From: Mobula hypostoma
Taxonomy: Eukaryota
Direction: 5' to 3'
NCBI RefSeq assembly: GCF_963921235.1
Contig: NC_086109.1
Location: 29,078,001-29,142,000 of the forward strand
DNA length: 64,000 nt
Shown here: one piece after another, positions 1-13,179 of the stretch
Layout of the letters: every line of letters starts with the position of its first letter
Position numbering within the stretch: the first letter of the stretch is position 1
The notes under the pieces: model-generated
Database searches by the model: none
What the model saw: the letters and a program-made list of their open reading frames with translations, nothing else
Told to the model about the DNA's origin: nothing
Program-made: the position numbers and the translations under genes

Positions 1-830
1 CACCCAAAGATCATTATCAAATGTATAGCAATCTCTTTCTTCACTTCCTATTGTAACCCGGGGTTCATCTCACTTGGTCTCAGGGACTTAACTATTCTAA
101 AGTTATTCAAAAGTTTCAGCACATCCTCTTTCTTAACATCGACATGTTCCAGAATATTAGCCTGTTCTACTCTGCCCTCACATTTGTCAAGGCCCCTCTC
201 ACTGGTGATTACTGAAGCATTGCAGACTTTCTCTAGCTCCATTGTCTCCAAGTTTCCTCTTTTACCCTGATTGGCCCTACCCTCACTCTAATTATCCTGT
301 AGTTCTTCACGTACATATTTCTTAATCCTAATTGCCAAGGCCTTCTAATGTCCCCACCTAGCTCTCCTTAACCCTTCATTAAATTCCTTCCTGGGCACCT
401 TATTACCCTCTAGAGCCCTTCTTTCTTCCTCATATCTCTTGTTCCTTCACCCTACCAGCCGTTCAATGAGACAAACCTATCCAGAACCCGAAGCAAGTGC
501 TCCCTAAACAACCTCCACATTTCCATTATGCATTTCTTTGAGTACACCTTTTCCTGTTTTGTATTCCCAAGTTCGTCCCTAATAGCATCATCATTTGCCT
601 TCACCAATCCTTGCTCTTATGCCCAAAGCTATGATAAAGGTTGGGGAGTTGTAGTCACTATCTCTGAAATGCTCACCCACTGAGATATCTCTCATCTGAC
701 CAAGTCCATTGCCCAGTACTAGAAACAGTATGGTGTCTCCTCTAGTCCACATATTGTGTCAGGATCCTTCCTGGACACCCCTAGCAAATGTGCCCCATCT
801 AAACCTTTTGCACAATCAATATTAAGGAAG
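1..830 (-). mobile_element. Degenerate CR1 LINE fragment (endonuclease/linker region)
   Basis: ORF 48-251 (NASVITSE...LEHVDVKKEDVLKLL...KSLRPSEMNP) resembles the CR1 linker FASVFT...DKSPGPDG.YPR. Boundaries approximate. Confidence 0.7.
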
Positions 831-840
831 CTGAAGTCAC

Positions 841-1436
841 CATAAGACCATATGACCATAAGACATGGGAGCAGAATAGTGCCATTCGACCCATCGAGCC
901 TTCTCTGTCACTTCATCATGGCGGATTTATTGTCCCTTTCAATCCCATTCTCCTGCCAGTCATGTAGCTGTTGTGTTTTACTATTTATTGTTATGTTTAT
1001 TATTTAGTGTTGCGTTTGTTATGTTATGATTGCATTGTTCCTGGGAAACGCTGTCTCATTCTGCCCTGCAGAGCTGATGCACGGTTAGAATGACAATAAA
1101 GTTTTTTGAATCTTTGAATCTTTGAATTTTCGCTTGGTAACCTTTGATACCCTTACTAATCAAGAACCTATTAACATCCACTTTAATATTCCCAAGGACA
1201 TATCCTCCACAGCCGTCCGTGGCAAAAAATTCTGCAGATTCACCGCCTTCTAGCTTAAGAAATTCCTCCTCATCTCTATTCCAAAGTGATGTCCCAATAT
1301 TCTGAGGCTATGCCCTTTGGTCCTATACTCCTGACTATAGGAAATATCCTCTCCATATCCATTCTATCAAGGCATTTCAAAATTTAATAGGTTTCAATGA
1401 AATCCCCCCTCATTCTTCTCATCTCCAATGAGTACA
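841..1436 (-). mobile_element. CR1 3' end with (CATAAGAC)n-type tail, interrupted at about 960-1126 by a LINE 3' end with a (TGAATCTT)n tail
   Basis: Tail cataagaccatatgaccataagac is followed by sequence homologous to the CR1 3' ends at 13.2 and 34.4 kb. The inner piece ends aataaag...tgaatctttgaatctttgaat. Confidence 0.7.
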
Positions 1437-1811
1437 TAGTTACATAGAAATGTATGTGAACAGAACCAGATACAATGTGTCTCTGCTGTCAATTGGAACA
1501 AATAACCATTGTTGAGGTGTAGAAGTAAAACAAATTGTAATATTTAATTCAATGCAAAATCTGATAGAGAAAGTGAAATGAAGTGAAGGAACAAAAATCA
1601 AAATACTGGAGGAGTTAAGTGGGTCAGGTAACACCTACAGAAGGAAATGGTCAATACCTTTTATCTAGGTAAAGGACTGTTGGAGAAAAGTAAGACAGGA
1701 CTGTATATAGTGGCAATACTAAGACCAATCAAAGTTGAGATGACTGAGTAATTTGAATGCCATCAAGAATGCTGTTTATGTAACCGATACTGGTTAGTGT
1801 TCATCATTTAT

Positions 1812-2980
1812 ATATCATCATCGTCATCAGGTGCCATGCCCAGGTTGAGCTTTGACTGCCATGGCCCACACACTCCTGTTTCAGGTCAAGTAGATCAATT
1901 CATTGGTATTCATTTCCAGTTCTCTGGCTGCTGTCTCCATCTTCAGTTGTCTTTGCCTTCCTTTTGCTTTCTTCCCTTCAATCTTTCCCATAATTACCGT
2001 GCATTCTAACTCCTCTTTCTTAATCACATGTCCAATGAAGTTACATTGCCTTTTCATGATCTCATACATTATTTCTCTTTTTGTGCTTGCTCTGTTCATG
2101 ACATCCTCATTATATTCCTTTCATCCTTGATATTCTTTGCATCCTCCTCAAAAACCACATCTCTGCAGCTTCAATTCGTTTCCTCATGTTACTAGATATT
2201 GTCCAATTTTCTGATACATATAACATAACTGGATAAACATAACATTTCAATACTCTGAAGCAGGTTGTCATGCCTAGTTTAGTGTCGGTCAGTATACTCT
2301 TCATTCTCGTAAAAGTGGCTTTTGCCATCCTTATTCTTCTTTTGATGTCCATGTTGCACTTGCCATCTGATCTCACCCAGCTTCCTAAGTAGCAAAAGTT
2401 CTGTACTTGTTTTATGTCTTCCCCATTTTAGCTCTTGTCATCAAAATTCTTAGAAGTATCTTAGTGATATGACTCCTTAAACTTATGGTCCTATGTAATT
2501 CACAATCTATTGTGCTCCAGGTTTCTTAGGAAGAGTGAAACATAATGATTTTTTCATCTCTTCTGGTATTAGTCCAGTTTCATAAATGTCATCGATTAAG
2601 TCAGTAAGTTTTTCAACTCCATAATCTTCAGGGGCGATAATTTGTTCTATTACTAATTCATCAGGACCTGCTGCCTCTCCTTTCTTCATCTTATTTATTG
2701 CATTACGAAATTTCAGATTTTAAAATACTTGGACCTTCAATGTTGTTCTTAATTTTTGGTTTTTCGCCTCAATCGTCTTCAGACAATTCCTGAATATACT
2801 CAGTCCATCTGTTCATAATCTCATCTTTTTCCATGATTATGGTACCATCCTTTGCTTTCAAACATCCACCTGAAGAACAGAGGGGCTTTTTACCAGTGAT
2901 ATTCTTGATTTGTTGATGTAACCTTTTTGGATCAGTAATAGAGATTCTTTCTAGTTGCTCACATTCCTGGTTTAACCATT
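1812..2980 (-). mobile_element. RTE-clade LINE remnant with internal deletion
   Basis: ORF pieces MKKGEAAGPDELVIE, DIKRRIRMAKATF and RIEAAEMWFLRRM are typical RTE ORF segments. (ATC)n tail at about 1814-1829. RT core missing near 2430-2470. Confidence 0.85.
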
Positions 2981-3609
2981 GGACTTATATTCTATAGAAT
3001 TTGCTTATAAATTATATGTAACTATCCTAAATCAGTAAGAGTGGGCAGTAATATCTCTGGCACAATTACTCTCAAAACAGCTACACAACAAGTGAGTCCC
3101 ACTGTTGTGCTCCTTGTACAGTCACCACAGTGTGGCCAGATTCTGCTTTGACACCCTCTACAAATTTACAGCTGATACCATCTGTTGTAATGTGAACCAA
3201 GTGACCAGACAGAAACACTGGTAGATATGAAGCAATCCCTGTATCTGTCAAAATGAGACACAGCAGGCATGACATGGAGACCCTTTAGAAGAAAGAGCTC
3301 TGCTCAACCCAGTGCTACACAACATTTTATGTACGGAAGATCAAAGGACAATTCCATATTTACAATACATCCACAATGCTTCCTTTGAACTACACACAAA
3401 CTTCACACTTCTCACTTTGCGCCCACACTACTAAATGCATTTTAGTCAGCATTCTCTGGTCTTGTCATTAACTAAGATTTGTGACTTTTAGGAACCCATT
3501 GTTCAGCACTGCATCTTAAATTTAATCTGCAGTCTATTTTCATATTTGAAGATTTATTGCTGAAGTTATTTGCTATCTGTGCTAACCCCAAAAACGTACT
3601 AACACTATT

Positions 3610-4220
3610 GTTCTCAAATAGCAGTTAGGAGATAGAGATCCTGGTGACATGGTGTCATAACAACAAACTTCCCTCAATGTGAGCAAAATGAAAGAGCTGG
3701 TAATCGATTTCAGGGAGGACGGTAGTGCATATGTTACTGTTTACATCAACAGTGCTGATGTTGAGTGTTGAAAGATTCAAGTGCCTAGGACTGAGGCTCA
3801 TCAATAATCTGCCCTTGTCCGAACCATGCAGATGTCACCGCCAATGCCTCTACTTCCTCAGGAGGCTTACAAAGTTGGCATATTCCCTTTGACCCACGCC
3901 AATTTTTATTGATACACCATAGAAAGCATCCTGTCCAGTTACATCATGGCTTATTATGATAATTGCTCTGCCCATGGCCACAAGAAACTATGGCTCAGCA
4001 CATCATTGATGCCAGTGTTCCCACCATGGACCCTGTCCACACTTCTCACTGCCCTGGCAAAGCAGCCAGCATAATCAGAACTCCCACCTATCTGACCTTC
4101 AGTCTTTTCTCACCTCATCCAACACCCACCAATGGAGCAGAAGATACAAAAGCCTGGAAGTAAGTGCCACCACACTTAAATGCAGGTTTTATCCCATTGT
4201 CATAAGGCTATTGAATTGTT
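3610..4220 (+). mobile_element. Rex/Babar-type LINE 3' remnant
   Basis: Homologous to the 15.3-16.3 kb copy (LNV.K.KELVIDFR, LYFLRRL.KFG, KAASII-type segments). Confidence 0.7.
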
Positions 4221-4738
4221 GATTAGTATGATGAGTTGGATGAGTAAACAAACAAAAGCTTTTTTTTAACCATGTACATAAGACCATAATACTGAGAAGG
4301 AAAATTGGGGCATTTGGTCCATCAGGCTGACTCCATCATTCCATTATGGCTGATTTATTACTCGTCTCAATTCCCTTTGCTGTCCTTACCACTAGCTCCA
4401 CACGCAAGTTAACTTTTAGAGAATCCTGCACAAGGACTCGCAAGTCACTTTGTACCTCTGATTTCCAAATATTTTCCCTGTTTAGAAAATAGTCTATGCC
4501 TTTATTCCTTCTACCAAAGTGCATGACCATACTCTCCCCTACACTATATTCCATTGCCACTTCTTCGCCCATTGTCCTAATCTGTTGAAGTCCTTCACAA
4601 ACTCCCTGCTTCCTCAGCACTGCCTGCTCCCCAGCAATCTATGTATTGTCTGAAAACTTGGCTGCAAAGCCATTAATTTTGTCATCCAAATAATTGACAT
4701 ATAACATGAAAAGAAGCAGTTCTAACACCGACCCTGCC

Positions 4739-5639
4739 CAGACATCCCACCTCTCCCGGAAGTTCCGGGAGTCTCCCGCATATTAATAGCAGCTCCCTGA
4801 CGCCTGCAAATTATATACAATATCCTGGAAATGAGAGGGAGAGCAGGAGAGGGAGAACGGCGGAGTGGGAGTGGGAGCGAGCATCCTGATTGGTCTCCCT
4901 TTGTGATAAGTAGACCTATCAGTTTTCTCTGTGGGCGGGCTTTACAGTCGACCTCTGTCTCTCCATCAATTCAGTTTAGTGTCCTGCACCGCCATGGAAA
5001 AGTGTTTCAAAAAACAAAAATATAAAACACACTTCACCCTAGACTACACTAAAGTGTACCCCTGCCTAACAGGAGTCACAAATAATGACAGTGTTGCTCG
5101 CTGCACTGTTTGCAACAGTGACTTTTCTATTGCCCGTGGTGGGTTAGGACTGTAAAAGACATGTTGAGGTGAGTTTAACATGTGTCATTTGTTCATTAAC
5201 ATAGCTAACCTTATTTAAACTAGCTGGCTGGCTGCTAAGGAGCTACTCTATTGAGGTCCTACATGATGAGGCCAAACTCCCTGTAGACGTGCTTAAAGTT
5301 GTAATAGAATTAAAAACGTCTCCATGACAATATATAAGTACATATCTTAATGTCACATTTTCTGCATATACCCAGTTTACAGATTACAGAGTGGTTACAG
5401 ATTAGACAAAATCACTAAACAAAGTATTACTTAAGACAATATAATAAAGATATTGCCTTATGCTTTTATTTCTTTTAGGGACCACAACATATTAGGGAGG
5501 CTAATCGCAGGGAAGGCTGCTCAAATATTTCACAGTTTTTTTCAGCAGAGCCACATCACAGAACAAGGAAAGTTTGCAAAAGAAATAGAAAAGCTATTTG
5601 CATTAGCATTGAGATTGCCAACAAAATACCCAACAAGCA

Positions 5640-5679
<40 letters not shown>

Positions 5680-5809
5680 AAGTAGTTTCAATATGTGTCA
5701 AATAAATTGTTGTGTTCTTTCATAATCAAATGTCCCGTATACATGCGCCCTTGGAAGTCGACTGGGGGGTGGGAGGTGCTACCTCCCTGAAATGGGGGTG
5801 GGATGTCTG
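4739..5809 (+). mobile_element. Non-autonomous hAT-like DNA transposon with 6-bp TSD and transposase N-terminal zinc-finger remnant
   Basis: Perfect 13-bp TIR cagacatcccacc/ggtgggatgtctg. TSD cctgcc at 4733-4738 and 5810-5815. ATG at 4994 in ccgccATGG opens MEKCFKKQKYKTHF...YPCL...ARCTVCNSDFSIA.GG. Confidence 0.8.
5640..5679. repeat. (TA)n(TG)n compound microsatellite inside the hAT-like element
   Basis: atatatatatatatatatgtgtgtg... read directly. Confidence 0.95.
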
Positions 5810-6285
5810 CCTGCCGAACACCACTAGTCATTATCAGCCAGCCAGAAAAGGCCCCCATTTGTCCCATCTTTACCTCCTGCTAATCAGCCAATCTTCTGCC
5901 CATGCTAGCATCCTTCATGTAAAACGTTATCTTGTTTAGCAGCCTCATGTGTGGCACCTTGTCAAAGGATATCTGAAAATCCAAGTAAACAACATATTCT
6001 GACTCTCCTTTGTCTATCCTGCCTGATATTTCCTAAAAGAATTCCAGCAGAAATTTTTCAGGCAAGTTTTCCCCTTAAGGAAACCATGCTGACTTTGGCC
6101 TATTTTATCATGTGTCTTCAAGTACCCCAAAACCTCATCCTTAATAATCGATCCAACATCTTCCCAACCACTGAGGTCAGGCTAATTGGCATATAATTTC
6201 CTCTCTTCTTCCTCCCTCTCTGCTTATAGAGTGGAGTGAAATTTGCAATTTTCCAGTCCTCCTGAACCATTCCAGAATCTAGTGA

Positions 6286-6357
6286 CATAAACACAAGAAA
6301 ATCTGCAGATGCTGGAAATCCTGCTGATCCTCCAGCATTTTGTGTGTGTGTGTTGTG
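6286..6357. mobile_element. Minimal PLE-terminal-repeat-derived insert
   Basis: aaacacaagaaaatctgcagatgctggaa...tccagcattttgtgtg flanked by the direct repeat cagaatctagt (6273-6283, 6358-6368). Confidence 0.7.
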
Positions 6358-7936
6358 CAGAATCTAGTAACCCTTGAAAGGTCACTACTAATGCATCCTA
6401 ATTAGTAGATCACGTCTAATTACTTTTTGGAATCTTCAACAATAACTAAGATCTCAATTGGACACTGGAGGTAATCGAGAAGAAGGAACTTCATACTGTT
6501 GAAAGAAAATGTTTTGTCCCAGAGAAGTTGCCTGTCAGTAATTAAGCTTTAAAACGCAGTTAAATATTTGCTTATACTTTGATAATGTCTGCTGAATGTA
6601 ATATGCACCTGGAAGATAAGATGAGTAATTTCATCACTTCAGTCTCAATATGATACCATTTCTGGAGAAGTACGGCAGCATTGACAGCAAAAGTGTGATC
6701 TTAGTGCTTAACCATTCAAGTATGAGCATCGGAAGTTGCTACTTAATTGACACCCTAAAAATAGTGAGATTTGAAAGCCTCACCATTATTCTAGTGCAAA
6801 GCCCAGGCTAAGTTCTTTACACATTCACTAACATGATTTCTCTGCACAACATGGAACAAATGATTAAGTACTTCTTTCATAGAGACTGAAATGGATTGTG
6901 TTGCGTTGTCATTGTAACATTCATGAAGTATTTACATTTATCATCTCATGAAGGGAACATCACTAGAATGGTAACTTGACTCTGCTGTCTGCACAGTGCC
7001 TAGCTGAGAACTAATTGTGCATATACAGTATATTCTTAAGTTTGACTGATACTTCAATCATGCTCACTTGTTTGAATATGTAGTTTAAATTCTGAAATAT
7101 TACACCTTCTTATCTTGAGTTTAATCTTTGCACTCATTGATTATGCAGCAACAAGCAAACAAGTAAATTTCAGATCCTCATCATTCACTTCCTAAGTGAC
7201 AAAAGTTAACGAGGTAGACTTTGATGCATTGGCCAGTTGTACTACTCTGACTGAAGTGTAAATTACCAGCTGTTGTCCTTGCATCCGTATGGCATTGGTA
7301 ATCATTTGTGAATGAAGGAATTACTTAACTATCCTGTGCTTATTGACAAGTATTGTATCTAGCAACAGGTAGTAAAATCTGCAATTGCAATGGCTTTCTT
7401 TTGGAGATGACTAGCAGACAAACTGACTCCACACACTGAGCATGAAATGGCCTCCTGGAGTGAGAGGGAATACAACCTTTGATCTTCTGAGGTCCAACTG
7501 CGTTGAGCCTATGGCACAACGCCTCAGAGGAAGTGCTGATGGTGGTCTGAAGTGTACAGAAGGTGAGAAGATGCCAGTTAATAATTAGCTTAAATGTACA
7601 ATATAGCTTTATATTAGGAGGAACCAGTTGATGGCATTCTCTTGAACAACTAGCTGACACAGATATTTTTCCTGGATTGAGCTGAATGTAGAACATCTAC
7701 TCTTGGCCTGGATTTACAGGCAAGTATGAAACTAACTTGGCAGATCAGAATCAGATTCAAAATCGGTTTAATATCACTGTCATATGTCATGAAATTTGTT
7801 GTTTTGTGGCTTCCGTACAGTGCAATACATAAACAATACTATATATTGTAATTTATATATAGAATTACAATATGAGAAAATACATATGAGAAAATCTGCA
7901 GATGCTGAGAATGCAAAGCAACACACACAAAATGCT

Positions 7937-8136
7937 AGCAACACAGATCAAAGTTACTGATGAACGCAGCAGGCCAGGCAGCATCTCTAGGAAGAGGTAC
8001 AGTCGACGTTTCGTCGAAGGGTCTCGGCCTAGAGATTCCCAGAGATGCTGCCTGGCCTGCTGCGTTCACCAGTAACTTTGATGTGTGTTGCTTGAATTTC
8101 CAGCATCTGTAGAATTCCTCGTGTTTGCGTTTTTAA
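7937..8136. mobile_element. Fold-back PLE-derived element nested in an older related copy (about 7887-8260)
   Basis: 14-bp TSD acacacaaaatgct (7923-7936, 8137-8150). About 52-bp inverted arms (agcaacacagatcaaag...gcagcatctct / agagatgctgc...tgtgttgct). Confidence 0.85.
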
Positions 8137-10435
8137 ACACACAAAATGCTGCTGGAACTCAGCAGGTCAGGCAGCATCTACAGAAATGAATAAACAGTCG
8201 ACGTTTTGGGCCAAGACCCTTAGGAACCTGCTGGGTTCCTCCAGCATTTTGTCTGTTTTATATTTTATATTTTATTATTTTTTTAAATTTAAATTATATA
8301 ATTTGTGCAAAAGAGAGCAAAATTAATGTAGCGCTCCATTGTCTGTTCAGAAATCTGATGGCAGAAGAGAAGAAGCTGTTCCTAAGATTGTAAATATGTT
8401 GCATAAAGATTGGTCTTGGCAAGATTGATTCTCATTGGCAAAATAGTGATACATTTCAATTTCGCCTCATGCTCTACTCAAAACAATGAAACAGTTTCTA
8501 TTGTTAATAACTAGAATCTTCATTCCAGTTACTAGAGAAAAGGTGACTGTTTTTCTAATTTTCTTGTATAAGTCACTCAAATGCAGTTATTGCAAAATGA
8601 ATGCATGAATTAAAGCATTTTTTACATTTTATGTAGGTGTTAAATAGAAAAGTTATTTAGTTCAGTACAACATCGTGGGTTGAGAGTCCTGTCTCTGTGT
8701 TGTACTCTTCTGTTCCACGATTATGAACGCATTTTTATAAATTGTCAATCCGCCATTCCTAATTTTGTATAGTCTTGGAAATTCAGAGCACTAAAAGTTG
8801 AAATAATAGGCTAAATGTAAACATTTATTGTAATTGTCAAAATTATTAGATACAGTAATTAAATTTGCCAAAGTTAACAAAGATTAAACTTGTTTTTTAC
8901 CTGTAAGTTTCAACAACAATGAGCTTTTCAGACCTTTTTCTTTCTTCATCAGTTATACTGTATTAAACAGAGTCCTAGAGCACTACAAAAACTTACACTT
9001 CGGCCCGCCCAGTCTATGTTGAACTGTTATTCCGCCAGGCTCATTAACCTATAGATGCAGTCATGATTATGTTGAGCATAATCAAGACTGAGGTGTCTGC
9101 CTGACCTTACTGATTGTGGTCATTATCATGAACATATACCTATATTCGACTCTAACAGTGATCCAGTCTTACCTTTGAAGTGCAGATGGGGACAATCTCA
9201 GACAGAAGCAGTAAACTAATGACTTACATACAGACAAAGTTCCAAGTTCCATATGCGACCCTGGGATCTGTTATGGGCAATTTATAGATTCTACTTCCTT
9301 TTCACTTATACCTCAAAATATATAGCATTTACTTGATATATAAAAGTGACCGTTCACTTAGATATCAAATTTTACATTGGGCAGAGTGCTGTAGGCCCTA
9401 TGTATGCCCGCTAGTCTATGACTCCATGTCATGTGAGGCCTCTTCTCCGGGGATTTTAATGGTGTGCCTCTTGCCATTCAGTGATTGGTTTTGGAATGTA
9501 TGTGTGCATGGATATTAGTGCACCATAGGACTTGGCTATACTCCCTGGAACTGTCAAACCATCTTATTGTTTACGAATGGAGGAAAACAAATTTGATGCC
9601 TGTAAATTGGACAAGACAGGGCTTTCTTGTTAGGCGGAGAAAAGATATGGAGGACATGATCCAAAGTAAGTGTTTCTTAACAGATTCTAGTTCTTGATAT
9701 TCTTTATGTTCCCCTTCATCATCCTTTGAGCTGCTTCTGAATACATGCTCCCTTTCCCTACCTGGCTCAATCTGCCTTTATTTTTTATCTTAAACTATCA
9801 TTCATCCACCAGTCTTTGTCTCACCACTCCATCAATCTCACTGCATCTGCCATCATCTTCACGGACCCCCCCCCCCCACTTGGTCCACCAATCCCCTATT
9901 GGTCCCTGTCTCACCTCACTTCTTTATCTTTTATCTGCACCCTCAGTCCTGATGCAAGATTTTGACCCAAAATATCAAGAAATTACTTTCACTTCCTTTC
10001 AGTTCTCAAACTAATCACACAAGAGTCCTTGACCCACATTGTATTAGACCAAAAGCAGAGTGTTAATGGCTTTGAAGAAGCCACATCCTCCCTTACTGTA
10101 CATGCTATTAGTTCATTCTTGGTTAAAAACCATCAATGCTCTACTCTCATCCCAAGAGCAGAGTTATAAATCTACCAACATTTTGATTTAATAAACAAAT
10201 GAATGAATGAATTCCCAGACAGATTCTACCACATAGTAATGGCTTTCTATCACAAACAACGGGGAAGAGGAAAAGTAATATGCCTTTTCATTACGTTTAG
10301 ATGCTGTTGAATGTTGAAATTCATGCACAAGGTGTAAGGACCCAAAACTGTCTTTGATCTATCAGGTTAGAAATGTGCAAAAAATATGTAGATAAAAACC
10401 CACAATAGAAAGCGATAATCTTTCAATGTGCAGAA

Positions 10436-11512
10436 ATACAAGAGATACTGCAGACACTGGAAGCACAGAGCAACACACATAAAACGCTAGAAGAACTCAG
10501 CAGGTCAGGCAGTATCTTTGGAAGTTAATAAACAGTTGATGTTTTGGGCCAAGACCTTTCATCGGGATTGGAAAGGCGGGGCGCTAAGAAGGTGGGGGAA
10601 GGGAAAGGAGTGCAAGTCAGTGGGTGATAGGTGAAGTCAGGTAGGTGGGAGAAAAGGGATGATGTAAGCAACTGGGATGTGATAGATGGAAAAGGTAAAG
10701 GGCTGGAGAAGAAGGAACTGAAACCAGAGGTGAGTCAACTTTGGCAGAAAGGGGGGGCAAGAGGGGTAGTAGAAGTTAGGTGAGGAGAAGAGAAGAGGTA
10801 AGAGAGGAGACAGACAGGGAAATTGAAGAAGTAGGAAGGGGAAGGGGGAAAATTACTGGAAGTTAGTGAAAATATTGTTCATTGCATCAGGTTTGAGGTT
10901 ATCCAGACGGATTATGAGATGTTGCTTCTCCAACCCGAGAGTGTCCTCATTGTGGCAATAGGGGAGGCCATGGACCGACATGTCAGTTGGGAATAGAGAC
11001 TGGAATTGGAATGGATAGCCACAGAGAAATCCTGCTGTTCGATGATGGAGCAAAGGTGTTCAAAAATGTTGTCCCTCAATCCATGATGGGTCTCACCAGA
11101 GTAGAGGAGGTCACATCGGGAATACCTGATACAGCAGATGACCTCAACAGCTTTGCAGGTGAAGTGCTGGATCAGCTGGATGGACTGTTTAGCACCTTGT
11201 TTAGGAGGTCAATGGGCCGATGTGGCACTTCTTCTGCTTGAAGGTAAGTGCCAGGAGGGAGATCAGTGGGGAGGGATGAATGTCAGAGGGAGTGATTCCT
11301 GTGGAAAGCAGAGTGGGAGGGGGAGGTAAAGGTGTGTTTGGTCGTAGGGTCCCGTTGAAAATGGTGGAAGTTACGGAGAATGTTGTGCTGGATGTGAAGG
11401 CTGATGGGGTGGTAGGAGAGGCCAAGAGGGACTCTATCCCTGTTAAAGCAGCAGAAAGAAGGGTGAGGGCAGATGTCCAGGAAATGGAGGAGATTGCAGG
11501 TGAGGGCAGCAT
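10436..11512 (-). mobile_element. Penelope-like element 3' part (GIY-YIG C-terminal region plus terminal repeat)
   Basis: ORF pieces NRDRVPLGLSYHP...ILRNFHHFQRDPTTK and TDMSVHGL..C..E....LEKQHLIIRLDNLKPDAMN. Degenerate hammerhead at about 10533-10570. This copy links the abundant gcagatgctggaa repeat to a PLE. Confidence 0.8.
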
Positions 11513-12317
11513 TCATCTTTCAATAAGTGTAATTTTAATAGGGCTTTCTTGTATAAAGTTTGTCCAATGAAGTTCCATTATATTTGTGGAAAAGAAATTC
11601 TTATTCCAAATGTCAAGATCATGTACAGGACCACTCTGGAGAATAGAGTACTAAATTGAGTCTAACATATTTTTGCAGTTTTAAGGAAATGCAGCATGGC
11701 AAAGAACGGTTAAAGAGCCTTGACAAATAAATAAAAATGCATTGAGTAGTTTACAAAGCCCAAATGCCTGTTGAGCCATTCAATATATTCGTGGGTGATT
11801 TCATTGTTCGTCTCAGTGTTGATCACTACAATCCTTGCTTTCACTTAGCCCAGAAGTCAATCTCAGCCAGCAACATACAGAATAAACCAATATCTATACC
11901 AGTGCAAAATAGACAATTCCAGTGTTTCACAACTGTCCAACAAACTAAATTCCTTTTTATTTTAGCCTTGAAAAAATGATAACTTATCCTGATCCTTTTT
12001 CAAGATTTCTTCCAAGAGGGAAACATTCCCACATCGTTTGTCGCATCCAGCTCCTTTAACATTGTATATGTTCAATAAGACCAGTTCTTATTATTTTAAG
12101 TTTGAGAGTCTTGGACTATGCACTCAATCCTTCCTTCTCATTCCAGGACCTAATCAGGTAACTATCCTTGACGTGGCTCCAGCCATGAATACTCATTAAA
12201 AAAGTTGACCGCAGCTGTAGTCAATCTTGAAAGTGTGATCTTACCAAAGCTCTGTACTGTTGTAAGTAAAAGTATTTCCTACTTTTGTAACTAATTCCTT
12301 TTGAAGGAAAGGCCAAT

Positions 12318-12843
12318 ATGAAGAAGTTTGGTATGAGTCCCCAAATCCTAAGAATTTTTTACAGGGGCACAATTGAGAGCATCCTGACTAGCTGCATCAC
12401 TGTTTGGTATGGGAACTGTACTTCCCTCAATCGCAGGACTCTGCAGAGAGTGGTGTGGACAGCCCAGCATATCAGTAGATGTTAACTTCCCAATATTCAG
12501 GGCATTTACAGAGACAGATGTATAAAGAGGGCTTGAAAGATCTTTGGGGACCCGAGTTACCCCAACCACAAACTGTTCCAACTGCTGCCATCCAGGAAAC
12601 AGTACTGCAGCATAAAAGCCAGGACCAACAGGCTCCGGGACAGCTTCTTCCACCAGGCCATCAGACTGATTAATTCACGTGATACAATTGTATTTCTATG
12701 CTATATTGGCTGTCCTGTTGTGCATAGTTTTTAATACAAATTACTATAAATTGCACATTGCACATTTAGATGGAGACGTAGTGTAAAGATTTTTACTCCT
12801 CATGTATGTGAAGGATGTAAGAAATAGAGTCAATTCAATTCAA
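12318..12843 (+). mobile_element. Rex/Babar-type LINE 3' end
   Basis: Decayed reading KKFGMSPQILR.FYRGTIESILT.CITVWYGNC. Ends in a tcaattcaattcaa tail. Confidence 0.8.
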
Positions 12844-13179
12844 TGTTACATTAATTACATACTGTACCTGCAAGCCAGCTTTGGTACTTCTTCAGCAATG
12901 GTATTTTGACTTCTGCAAAGAATCAGTTTTACCCAGATGGAAAAGAAAAAAAAGAAAAAAACTGCAGATGTTGAAGTAAAAGATTGAAAATCCCAGAAAT
13001 ATTCAGCTGTCAGGCAATAATTCTGGAGATAGAAAAGATTGTTATTTCAGTTTTATTTAAGATAATGAACGGTTGAAAGTTCATCAAACAGAAATGTTCT
13101 CTCTGTGTTTTTCTCCACTGATGCCACTTGATCTCCCGAGTTAAACCAACATTTTCTGTTTTTGTATGTATTGATATTA

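Larger units (their letters stand above)
4270..6285 (-). mobile_element. Degraded CR1 RT fragment, split by the hAT-like insertion at 4739-5809
   Basis: ORF 4336-4620 (VMHFGRRNKGIDYFLN...DLRVLVQDSLKV). The CR1 sequence resumes at 5816 (gaacaccactagtca). Confidence 0.8.
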
